A model generated the notes under the pieces. It was not told the DNA's origin and made no database searches. It saw nothing but the letters and a program-made list of their open reading frames with translations. Source: an uncultured Gemmatimonadota bacterium (GTDB lineage Bacteria; JAAXHH01). From it: 64,000 bases of DNA. The position numbers and the translations under genes are program-made. The stretch lies in assembly GCA_951812955.1 (NCBI GenBank), contig OX638340.1, positions 2,752,001-2,816,000 of the forward strand. The letters are read 5' to 3'. This document shows, in pieces, positions 57,140 to 64,000 of the stretch. Position 1 is the stretch's first letter. Every line of letters begins with the position of its first letter.

Positions 57140-57754
57140 TTAACCGCTTCGGACCGGTAGCGCGGGACGTTCGTCCGACAATGCGCGCGGTTGACCGGGG
57201 TCGGCCGGCGCGGGGGGTGCCTGGGTGGAACGCAGATATCGCTCCAGTTCCTCCATGAAAGGCGGGGAACCGGGTTCCAGTCGGTCCATTACGGAATCGA
57301 TGATGGTCGGGATGATGGTCATGGCCTCCGGGGCAAGGGACGATCGGTCAATCTCCGCCCTGGCCGTACCGGTGAACGGCATGAATGCATAGAGGATCAA
57401 CAAAAGGCTCGAGATGACATATCCCCGCGCACCCCCGATCAACATGCCGGCCAGGCGGCTGAGCAGGGACCTGGAACCGGCCCGGAAAGACCGGCCGGCC
57501 GCGCCGGTTACAGCGTTGGCCAGCGCGAGCGACAGTATCAGGCAGGCGAACAGGCTGAACCAGTGCAGCCAGCCGGGGGGTAAGCCCGTCAGGCGGCCGA
57601 GGAGACCGGACACGAGACCGAACTGGGTCAGGGCGATGACCAGGGCCGAGACGATCCCCGCCAGGTCCAGCAGGCTCCTGGCAGGACCCTTGCGGAAGCC
57701 GGTAGCCGCCTGGTAAAGGACGAGGATCACGATGGCGATATCGATCCAGTTCAT
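57140..57754 (-). CDS. cvpA: CvpA family membrane protein
   Basis: MNWIDIAIVILVLYQAATGFRKG N-terminus; 4 TM helices; 204 aa. Confidence 0.75.
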   Translation of the reverse strand: MNWIDIAIVILVLYQAATGFRKGPARSLLDLAGIVSALVIALTQFGLVSGLLGRLTGLPPGWLHWFSLFACLILSLALANAVTGAAGRSFRAGSRSLLSRLAGMLIGGARGYVISSLLLILYAFMPFTGTARAEIDRSSLAPEAMTIIPTIIDSVMDRLEPGSPPFMEELERYLRSTQAPPAPADPGQPRALSDERPALPVRSG

Positions 57755-57835
57755 GGCATCAAAACACGGAAAGCCTCTCCGGGGTTTCGGAGAGGCTTCG
57801 CAAGAGGACCGGCGCTGACCGCAATCAGAAAGGGA

Positions 57836-58318
57836 CTATACCGTCCGCTCGGTCTGCCCGGTCTGCGTGGTTCCCATGGTCAGGCATTCCCGCACGATGT
57901 GGTTGACGAGCCTGCCGTCCGCCCGGCCCTTGACTCGAGGCATGACCGCCCCCATGATCCTGCCCAGGTCTCCCGGCCCCGCGGGGCCGGCCCGGTCGAT
58001 GACATCCCTTACCACGGATCTGATCTCTTCTTCGGACAACTGATCCGGCAGGTAGGACGCGAGGATCTCGAGTTCTTCATCGGCCTGTGCGATCAGGTCC
58101 TTACGATCGCCCTTGACGGCGAACTCCCGCGCTTCTCTCCGAGACTTGATCAGGGAGGAGATCACTTCGACCGTTTCCTCGTCCGGCAAATCTTTGCCCT
58201 TTGCGATCTCCCGGTTCTTGATCTGAGCGCGTATCATGCGGATCAGACCGAGACGTACGGTCTCCCGGTTCCTGAGCGCGGATTTCATATCTTCCGCCAA
58301 ACGCTCTGTTAGCGCCAT
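57836..58318 (-). CDS. GatB/YqeY domain protein
   Basis: MALTERLAEDMKSALRNRETVRLGLIRMIRAQIKNREI is the canonical YqeY N-terminus; 160 aa. Confidence 0.85.
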   Translation of the reverse strand: MALTERLAEDMKSALRNRETVRLGLIRMIRAQIKNREIAKGKDLPDEETVEVISSLIKSRREAREFAVKGDRKDLIAQADEELEILASYLPDQLSEEEIRSVVRDVIDRAGPAGPGDLGRIMGAVMPRVKGRADGRLVNHIVRECLTMGTTQTGQTERTV

Positions 58319-58335
58319 GACCCGCTCCGGTTTGA

Positions 58336-58533
58336 TCAGTATCTTTCCTGCTGGAGCCGCTTCTGATTCTTCCGCTTCGCCGCGTTCAGCTTGCGCTTGC
58401 GTTTCGCGCTCGGTTTCTCAAAATGCTGATGCTTGCGTATTTCAGACATGATGCCGACTTTCTCGCAAGTCTTGGTAAAACGACGCAGGGCCTTTTCGAA
58501 CGGTTCTCCTTCCCTGACACGAATACCTGGCAT
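58336..58533 (-). CDS. rpsU: 30S ribosomal protein S21
   Basis: [42 protein letters not shown]... is near-consensus S21. Confidence 0.92.
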   Translation of the reverse strand: MPGIRVREGEPFEKALRRFTKTCEKVGIMSEIRKHQHFEKPSAKRKRKLNAAKRKNQKRLQQERY

Positions 58534-58688
58534 CCTCACACCCCCTCTCTCGCCACTCGAATCGGGTGAACCAAGTCTTACTCTCCGTCTCTATTCCAAC
58601 CTTTCCAATATGCCATGGGCCGGTTGAAATAGCAAGGAGTTTAATTCGTTCGATCCCGGTACCCACCCTTCGTCCGGCCCATCGCCGT

Positions 58689-59048
58689 TCAAGCGGCCAG
58701 TTCGGGCATTTGGCGTCCCCCGAGCAGATGCATATGGAGATGAAATACGGTCTGTCCCCCGTCCCGGCCGCAATTGACGATCAGCCGGTACCCGCCGTTG
58801 TGAATTCCGGCGTCCCGGGCGATCCGGTTCGCCGCCGCGGTGAGCCGGCTCATGATCCCGGCCGTATCGCCGCCCAGGTCGGCGACCGTTTCGATATGCG
58901 CTCGCGGTACGACAAGCACGTGCACCGGCGCCGCGGGATTTATGTCCCGAAAGGCCACGACGTGTTCGTCCTCGTAGACGAATTCGGTCGGGAGCGTTCC
59001 GGCAATTATGCGGCAGAACAGACACTCGGACATGGTATCGTCCTCCAA
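58689..59048 (-). CDS. HIT family protein (histidine triad nucleotide-binding)
   Basis: CLFCRIIAG...VHVLVVPRAHI...HLHMHLLGG histidine triad. Confidence 0.88.
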   Translation of the reverse strand: MEDDTMSECLFCRIIAGTLPTEFVYEDEHVVAFRDINPAAPVHVLVVPRAHIETVADLGGDTAGIMSRLTAAANRIARDAGIHNGGYRLIVNCGRDGGQTVFHLHMHLLGGRQMPELAA

Positions 59049-59091
59049 TGCTTGGCGCGCGACGCGGTACGGTGACGCCCACCGGCCGTTT

Positions 59092-59838
59092 TCACGCGGA
59101 ATCGAGGGCCGCCATAAGCAGAGCCAACCCCGCGATGGAGGCCGTATCGGCCCGTAGGCGCGAGCGTCCCAGCGAAACCGATTGCATGCCGGCTTCCCGG
59201 GCCATATCGAGCTCCTCCCGGGCGAAACCCCCTTCGGGACCGATCATCAACAGGATGCGCCTTGCTTCCACGACCAGGCACGATGTGAGCGCCGGCCCCG
59301 TTCCCCTTTCTTCTTCCGAGGCGATCAGGGCCAGGTCGTAGGATGACGCGGTGCCCACGACTTCCTGCAGGCTCATGACCGGGACAATCAGCGGCAGCCG
59401 GGCGCGCAGCGACTGTTTCATTGCGCTCAGGGCGATACGCCGCCAGCGTTCCAGCCGTTGTCCGCCCGGTTCGCCTCCGCCCGCCACCGTGCGGGAACTG
59501 CGCATGGGTATGATGCCGGCAACGCCCAGTTCCGTCGCTTTCTCGACGACCGTGTCCAACCGCGGCCCCTTGAGCAGCGACGGGACGAGCGTCACTTCGG
59601 CCGATCCCCCCTCGCCGTCTCTCCGGCGGTCGAGAATCTCGATTTCCACCTCGGGTTTCATGCGGACGAGCACGCCTTCGTAGATCCAGCCTTCGCCGTC
59701 CACGAAATGCACGGAGTCCCCTGGTTTCTTGCGCAGTGCGCGCGCCAGGTGATTCCGTTCGTCCCCGTCCGGAACGAAAGCCGAGTTCCCCACGATCTGG
59801 TCCGGAGGTACATAACTGAATTCCATCATATCCGCCAT
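59092..59838 (-). CDS. rsmE: 16S rRNA (uracil1498-N3)-methyltransferase RsmE
   Basis: N-terminal PUA-like region (MEFSYVPPDQIVG...HLARALRKKPGDSVHFVDGEGWIYEGVLV) and a C-terminal SPOUT region (LMIGPEGGFAREEL). Start set at the internal Met. Confidence 0.8.
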   Translation of the reverse strand: MADMMEFSYVPPDQIVGNSAFVPDGDERNHLARALRKKPGDSVHFVDGEGWIYEGVLVRMKPEVEIEILDRRRDGEGGSAEVTLVPSLLKGPRLDTVVEKATELGVAGIIPMRSSRTVAGGGEPGGQRLERWRRIALSAMKQSLRARLPLIVPVMSLQEVVGTASSYDLALIASEEERGTGPALTSCLVVEARRILLMIGPEGGFAREELDMAREAGMQSVSLGRSRLRADTASIAGLALLMAALDSA

Positions 59839-59855
59839 TCGCCCGGGCCGCCGGG

Positions 59856-60743
59856 TTAACCGGGCGGCCTGCCGGCCGCGCCGGCCCACCAGACTCCCAG
59901 GGTCTCCCGCTCCAGCAACGCGAAACCATGGTCTTCCAGCGCCGTTTCAAATGCCCTGGCTTCCTCGATGAGCAAACCGGAGAGGATCAACTCGCCGTCG
60001 GGGTGAAGAAGGGCTTTGAAGCCGGGAAGCATGGCGGTCAGACTGGATGCGCCGATGTTGGAGACGATGATCCGGTATTGTCCGCCGACCGAGGGATGGT
60101 CCAAGCGGCCGGCATAGGTATCGACCCGGCCGGCCATCCCGTTCAGCCCGGCGTTTTCCAGCGCGTTTCCGATGGTCTCGGGATCGATGTCGATGCCCGT
60201 TGCCCTGGAGGCGCCCAGGAGCGCCGCGGTGATGGAAAGTACGCCGGATCCCGATCCCACGTCGAGCACCCGGTCGCCCGGCCGTATCCGTTTTTCCAGT
60301 TGCCGAAGGCAAAGCTGCGTGGTTTCGTGCCCGCCCGTACCGAATCCGGCGCCCGGGTTGATCCGGACTACGAGAAGGCCATCGGAACGGGTCACCTCGG
60401 ACCAGGGCGGAGCGACCAGGAGCCGTTCCGATACCCGCACGGGCCCCAGCTGTGTTTTCCATTGCCCGGCCCAGTCGGCTTCGGACACCCTGCGCGTGGC
60501 GATCCGGCATTCTCCGTCCACCATGCCCAGTTCGCGAAGCGCATCCCAGAGGCGGGAGATCCGGTCGATCTTTTCGTTCACGCCGGGCCGGTCGGGCCAG
60601 AACCCGGTAAGGCATTCCGATCCGGTGGCGGGCGGACCCGCGGACTGAACGACCCCGGTGGCGCCCAGTTCCCAGAACGCGTTGGCGATCGCCTCTTCGG
60701 ATTCGGGCGTGGTGGCTATGGTTATTTCGACCCAGTGACGCAT
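59856..60743 (-). CDS. prmA: Ribosomal protein L11 methyltransferase PrmA
   Basis: MRHWVEITIATTPESEEAIANAFWELGATGV... and SAM-binding VLDVGSGSGVLSI. Confidence 0.85.
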   Translation of the reverse strand: MRHWVEITIATTPESEEAIANAFWELGATGVVQSAGPPATGSECLTGFWPDRPGVNEKIDRISRLWDALRELGMVDGECRIATRRVSEADWAGQWKTQLGPVRVSERLLVAPPWSEVTRSDGLLVVRINPGAGFGTGGHETTQLCLRQLEKRIRPGDRVLDVGSGSGVLSITAALLGASRATGIDIDPETIGNALENAGLNGMAGRVDTYAGRLDHPSVGGQYRIIVSNIGASSLTAMLPGFKALLHPDGELILSGLLIEEARAFETALEDHGFALLERETLGVWWAGAAGRPPG

Positions 60744-60792
60744 AGGCGAGGGATGGGCGGCATTCGAACCGGGTCCGCGTTCCCGCAGCGGT

Positions 60793-61944
60793 TCAGTCGC
60801 CGAACAACTCTTCCCTGATCCGGTTGAAGAATCCCCGGTCGTTCTCCGGCGTCTTAGTCCTCCCGCTGTCCAACCCGGACAACTCCCGGTACAGTTCCTT
60901 TTCCCTGCCGGACAGTTCGGTGGGCGTCCAGACGATGACTTTCACGAGCTGGTCGCCCTGGCCGTACCCGTTCAGGTGGGGCATGCCCTTGGCGCGCAAC
61001 CGGAAGACCTTGCCGAACTGGGTGCCGGGAGGAATGGTAAGGCGTACCTTGCCCGTAAGGGTCGGGACCTCCGCCTGGTCGCCCAGGGCCGCCTGGCTGA
61101 AACTGAGGGGCAACACGTAAACGATGTCGTCGTCCTGGCGTTCGAAGAACTCGTGGGGTTCCTGTTCGATGACGACGAGCACGTCTCCGGCCGCTCCGCC
61201 GCGGACACCGGCGTGGCCCTGTCCCTGGAGGCGCATGTAGTTCCCGTCGCCGGCGCCGACCGGGATATCCACCTTGACCGTGACCGTCTTCATCTGCCGC
61301 CCCTGTCCCTCGCACGTGCCGCAGGGCCGGTCGATCGTCTTTCCCTGGCCCTGGCAGTTCGGACAGGTCGTGACGTTCATCACGACACCGAAGAGGGAGG
61401 ACGCGCGTTGCTGGACCTGTCCCTGCCCGTGGCAGGTCGGACAGATTCGCACGCTGTTAGGTTCGGCGGCGCCGCTGCCGTCGCACGGCTCGCAGGGCAT
61501 ATACCGCTTGATGCGGATCGTCTTGCTGACGCCCCGGGCCAATTCCTCCAGGGTCAGCTTCAGGTTTACCCGGAGATCCGTGCCCCGGTTGCTTGCCCTT
61601 CCACGGGTCCGACCGCCGAAGAAGTCACCGAAAATACCGCCCAGGTTTCCCAGAATGTCTTCGAAATCCCCCGCGTGGGAGAAATCCGTCCACTGGAAAC
61701 CGCCCGATCCGAAGTCGCCCGCCACGCCCTGGTGGCCGAACTGGTCGTATCGCGTGCGCTTTTCCGGATCGCTGAGTACCTCGTAGGCTTCGGCGGCCGT
61801 CCTGAATTTCTCTTCGGCCGCCTCGTCGCCCGGGTTCCGGTCCGGATGAAACTGCATGGCCAGCTTCCGGTACGCCTTCTTGATCTCGTCCTCGGATGCC
61901 GAGCGCGCAACGCCCAGGGTATCGTAGTAGTCCCGTTTATTCAT
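60793..61944 (-). CDS. dnaJ: Molecular chaperone DnaJ
   Basis: J-domain with HPD ([10 protein letters not shown]...AMQFHPDRN); G/F region; four CxxCxGxG zinc-finger repeats; 383 aa. Confidence 0.93.
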   Translation of the reverse strand: MNKRDYYDTLGVARSASEDEIKKAYRKLAMQFHPDRNPGDEAAEEKFRTAAEAYEVLSDPEKRTRYDQFGHQGVAGDFGSGGFQWTDFSHAGDFEDILGNLGGIFGDFFGGRTRGRASNRGTDLRVNLKLTLEELARGVSKTIRIKRYMPCEPCDGSGAAEPNSVRICPTCHGQGQVQQRASSLFGVVMNVTTCPNCQGQGKTIDRPCGTCEGQGRQMKTVTVKVDIPVGAGDGNYMRLQGQGHAGVRGGAAGDVLVVIEQEPHEFFERQDDDIVYVLPLSFSQAALGDQAEVPTLTGKVRLTIPPGTQFGKVFRLRAKGMPHLNGYGQGDQLVKVIVWTPTELSGREKELYRELSGLDSGRTKTPENDRGFFNRIREELFGD

Positions 61945-62749
61945 CTTCAGCGGAATCCCGTATCCGACCGTTGTCCCGGTCCGGCGTTTTCGCCGGCGTG
62001 CGCGTCACGATGACCTTGGCCGCGCGAAGGACCTTTTCGTTGAGTGTGTAGCCCTTTTCGACCACGTTGATTACCGTGTCGGCCGGATGTTCTTCGTTAT
62101 CGACGGCCATGACGGCTTCGTGCAGCGTGGGATCGAAGGGCGCGCCTTCAGCGGTGATCTCCTTCATGCCCGCCTTCACCAGTTTTTCCAGGAACTGCTG
62201 GCGGATCATCTCGAAACCCTGGGCGAAGGACCGGGTTTCATCGGATGTCTGCGGCGCCTGGAGGGCCCGTTCTATGTTGTCCAGTATGGGCAGCAACTCG
62301 GTGATCAGCGATTCCCCGGCGTTTTTAACCAGCGCGGTGAATTCGCGCCCGGTGCGCTTCTTGTAGTTGTCGAACTCGGCGGCCAGGCGCACCAGACGAT
62401 CCTTGTAGCGCAGGGCCTCCTCGGCCAGTCTGGCCTGTTCATCCCCGGGCGCGTCCTCGGAGGCGCCGACAGGCTTCTCCCCGGGGGCGGCTGCTCCTTC
62501 AGGCGCGTCCTCGGAGGCGCCGACAGGCTTCTCTCCGGGGGCCGCTTCTCCTACTGGTGCGTCCTCGGCGGTCCGCCTTGCCCGGTCCTCCGCCGCGGTC
62601 GCCGGTCCATTTCCCGGTCCGGCGCGACGGTCCGTCCCCGGTCCGGAATCCGACCCGGCTCCGGATTCGCTCTCGTGCGCGGTAGTCTCCGTCGCTTCGA
62701 CTGCTTCTTCCTGTGTACCTGCGACTTCGACTTCTTGCTCCTTGCTCAT
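61937..62749 (-). CDS. grpE: Nucleotide exchange factor GrpE (with N-terminal low-complexity repeat)
   Basis: Conserved C-terminal block [11 protein letters not shown]...[16 protein letters not shown]-terminal 18-aa tandem repeats [18 protein letters not shown]. Confidence 0.9.
   Translation of the reverse strand: MSKEQEVEVAGTQEEAVEATETTAHESESGAGSDSGPGTDRRAGPGNGPATAAEDRARRTAEDAPVGEAAPGEKPVGASEDAPEGAAAPGEKPVGASEDAPGDEQARLAEEALRYKDRLVRLAAEFDNYKKRTGREFTALVKNAGESLITELLPILDNIERALQAPQTSDETRSFAQGFEMIRQQFLEKLVKAGMKEITAEGAPFDPTLHEAVMAVDNEEHPADTVINVVEKGYTLNEKVLRAAKVIVTRTPAKTPDRDNGRIRDSAEDE
62450..62575. repeat. 54-bp tandem repeat x about 2.3 inside the grpE 5' region
   Basis: gcgcgtcctcggaggcgccgacaggcttctc(c/t)ccgggggc... 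repeated, read from the sequence. Confidence 0.8.
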
Positions 62750-62879
62750 GACTCGAATTTCCCCTTACAGGATGAAAGGCCCGTTCCTTTGCCGGCGTGT
62801 CCCGTCCGGTACCAAAAGGAAGCGGGCGTGATCACTCACGTCCGCTGGAATACCGATCCGGGGCGAAAACAGACCTGTT

Positions 62880-63911
62880 TCACGCGAACTTCATATTCAG
62901 ATACCGCGCCGTATACCCGACGACGGACATCAGGCGCGCATAGGGCATGCGGGTCGGTCCGATGACCCCGATAATGCCAGCCATGTCGCCAATTCGATAG
63001 GTCGAAGTCACCACGCTGCAGGACTTTACTTCGTTCTGTCCGTTCTCCCGTCCGATGGTGACGGCGATCCGGTTTTCGTGATGGCGCTCGCTCAGCCAGT
63101 GGGCCACCGTACGCTTGTGCTCGAGGAACTGAAGCAGCGACGAGAGCTTCGTGTAATCCGTCACGAACTCCGGCTGAGAAACGATATAGGTCGTACCCCC
63201 GATATGGGTTTTCTCGTTCTCCTCGAAATCGAAGAGGTAATCGCTGTACTGGATGAACAGCTGGACGATCTTCCGCTTGGACTGCGGCGCGTCCTCCAGG
63301 CGTTCATCGAGCTGCCCCTTGATCTCCCTGAGGGAGCAGCCGTTCAATCGCTCGTTCAGGAACCAGGTGGCATCGGCGAGCCGGTCCGCGGGAATTTCCG
63401 CGTCGAGTTCGGCGACGATGCTCCTGACCAGTCCGGAAGTGAGGGTCAGCACCAGCAGCACCTTCCGGTGGGCCACCGGTATGAATTCCACGCGTTCGAG
63501 TCTGCCGTCATACAACTTCGGCGCCAGCGCCACACCGACTTCCCTGCATACCAGTCCGAGTATGTGCGCGGTATGGCTCAGAAGCTCCTGGACGCTCAAC
63601 CAGTCGTTTTCAAGCTCGAGATGGATCCGTTCCCTATCCCGCTTGGCGATGGGGCGCACGCGGAGGAGGGTGTCCACGTAATACCTGTAGCCCTTGTCCG
63701 TCGGAACACCGCCGGACGAGGGATGAGGGCGGGCGATGTACCCGGCGTCTTCGAGGTTCACCATGGCATTGCGCACCGTCGCCGGACTGACGGCGTGGGG
63801 CGACTGGCTGGCTATCGACTTGGAACCAACGGGCTGGCCCGTGGAAACATGGTGTTCAACCAGGCTTCGGAGAATATCCTTGTCCCGGTCGGTCTGAAGT
63901 GTATACGCCAT
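62880..63911 (-). CDS. hrcA: Heat-inducible transcriptional repressor HrcA
   Basis: MAYTLQTDRDKDILRSLVEHHVSTGQPVGSKSIA winged-helix N-terminus. hrcA-grpE-dnaJ gene order. Start set at the internal Met (ORF runs to 63992). Confidence 0.88.
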   Translation of the reverse strand: MAYTLQTDRDKDILRSLVEHHVSTGQPVGSKSIASQSPHAVSPATVRNAMVNLEDAGYIARPHPSSGGVPTDKGYRYYVDTLLRVRPIAKRDRERIHLELENDWLSVQELLSHTAHILGLVCREVGVALAPKLYDGRLERVEFIPVAHRKVLLVLTLTSGLVRSIVAELDAEIPADRLADATWFLNERLNGCSLREIKGQLDERLEDAPQSKRKIVQLFIQYSDYLFDFEENEKTHIGGTTYIVSQPEFVTDYTKLSSLLQFLEHKRTVAHWLSERHHENRIAVTIGRENGQNEVKSCSVVTSTYRIGDMAGIIGVIGPTRMPYARLMSVVGYTARYLNMKFA

Positions 63912-64000
63912 GACGATCCTGAAACCTGTATTGGGAAGTGCCATGCACGGCGAAGGTTCGGCAGTGGGATGAACCTCGTCCGGACCACGCAACGCAAATC

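Noticed and set aside
60976-62013. 345-aa ORF antisense to dnaJ/grpE (and 59928..60818 antisense to prmA)
   Set aside because: The sense genes are textbook chaperone and methyltransferase genes. The antisense ORFs lack any motif.
1-64000. CRISPR arrays, rRNA genes, integrase/prophage modules
   Set aside because: No regularly spaced direct repeats, rRNA-like conserved stretches or integrase/recombinase ORFs were detected in the six-frame scan. The only repeats found are coding tandem repeats and short IRs.

Overview
This is a high-GC (about 65%) bacterial chromosomal window. The lineage is unknown. GWxTD-domain proteins, 6-bladed TolB-like beta-propeller lipoproteins and a FeoB-associated Cys-rich peptide suggest a high-GC lineage related to the FCB group or Gemmatimonadota; that is inference only.

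Gene content by region:
- 1-5.1 kb: two tandem paralogous secreted TPR + GWxTD-domain proteins.
- 5.2-22.2 kb: a co-directional minus-strand supercluster. In transcription order it holds a PDZ-containing multi-TM HisKA_3 sensor kinase, two paralogous LuxR-type response regulators, a hypothetical protein, an inverted-repeat-flanked AT-rich element, two 6-bladed beta-propeller lipoprotein paralogs flanking a CxxC thioredoxin-fold protein, a MauE/DoxX membrane protein, a small secreted protein, an RND membrane-fusion adaptor, a tiny ATGA-coupled ORF and two tandem RND permeases. Two near-identical palindromes sit about 100 bp upstream of the first response regulator and of the hypothetical gene.
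- 22.3-23.8 kb: decayed fragments of the same gene types (beta-propeller x2, adaptor C-terminus).
- 23.8-35.2 kb: sulfatase, ybeZ-ybeY-ybeX-like operon, DUF402, thioredoxin-like, nitroreductase, and a Feo locus (DtxR-family regulator, feoA, PepSY TM protein, feoB, FeoB-associated Cys-rich peptide).
- 35.2-37.9 kb: a lower-GC islet with an IS1595-family transposase and a beta-class DNA methyltransferase fused to an HNH nuclease. The HNH frame is broken at a C11/G11 homopolymer.
- 38-64 kb: a GlnE/GlnD-like nucleotidyltransferase with N-terminal ACT domains, tamB and an adjacent tamA/bamA-family Omp85 gene, hexulose-phosphate synthase/isomerase plus a LarC-like N-domain, a heme-ligand-less truncated-globin homolog with an acidic repeat tail, two Cof-type HAD hydrolases, tRNA-Val and tRNA-Met, dnaG, a thioredoxin-family protein, mutS2, cvpA, yqeY, rpsU, HIT, rsmE, prmA, dnaJ, grpE and hrcA.

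No CRISPR array and no rRNA were seen. Many long ORFs antisense to real genes are GC-driven artefacts and were rejected.
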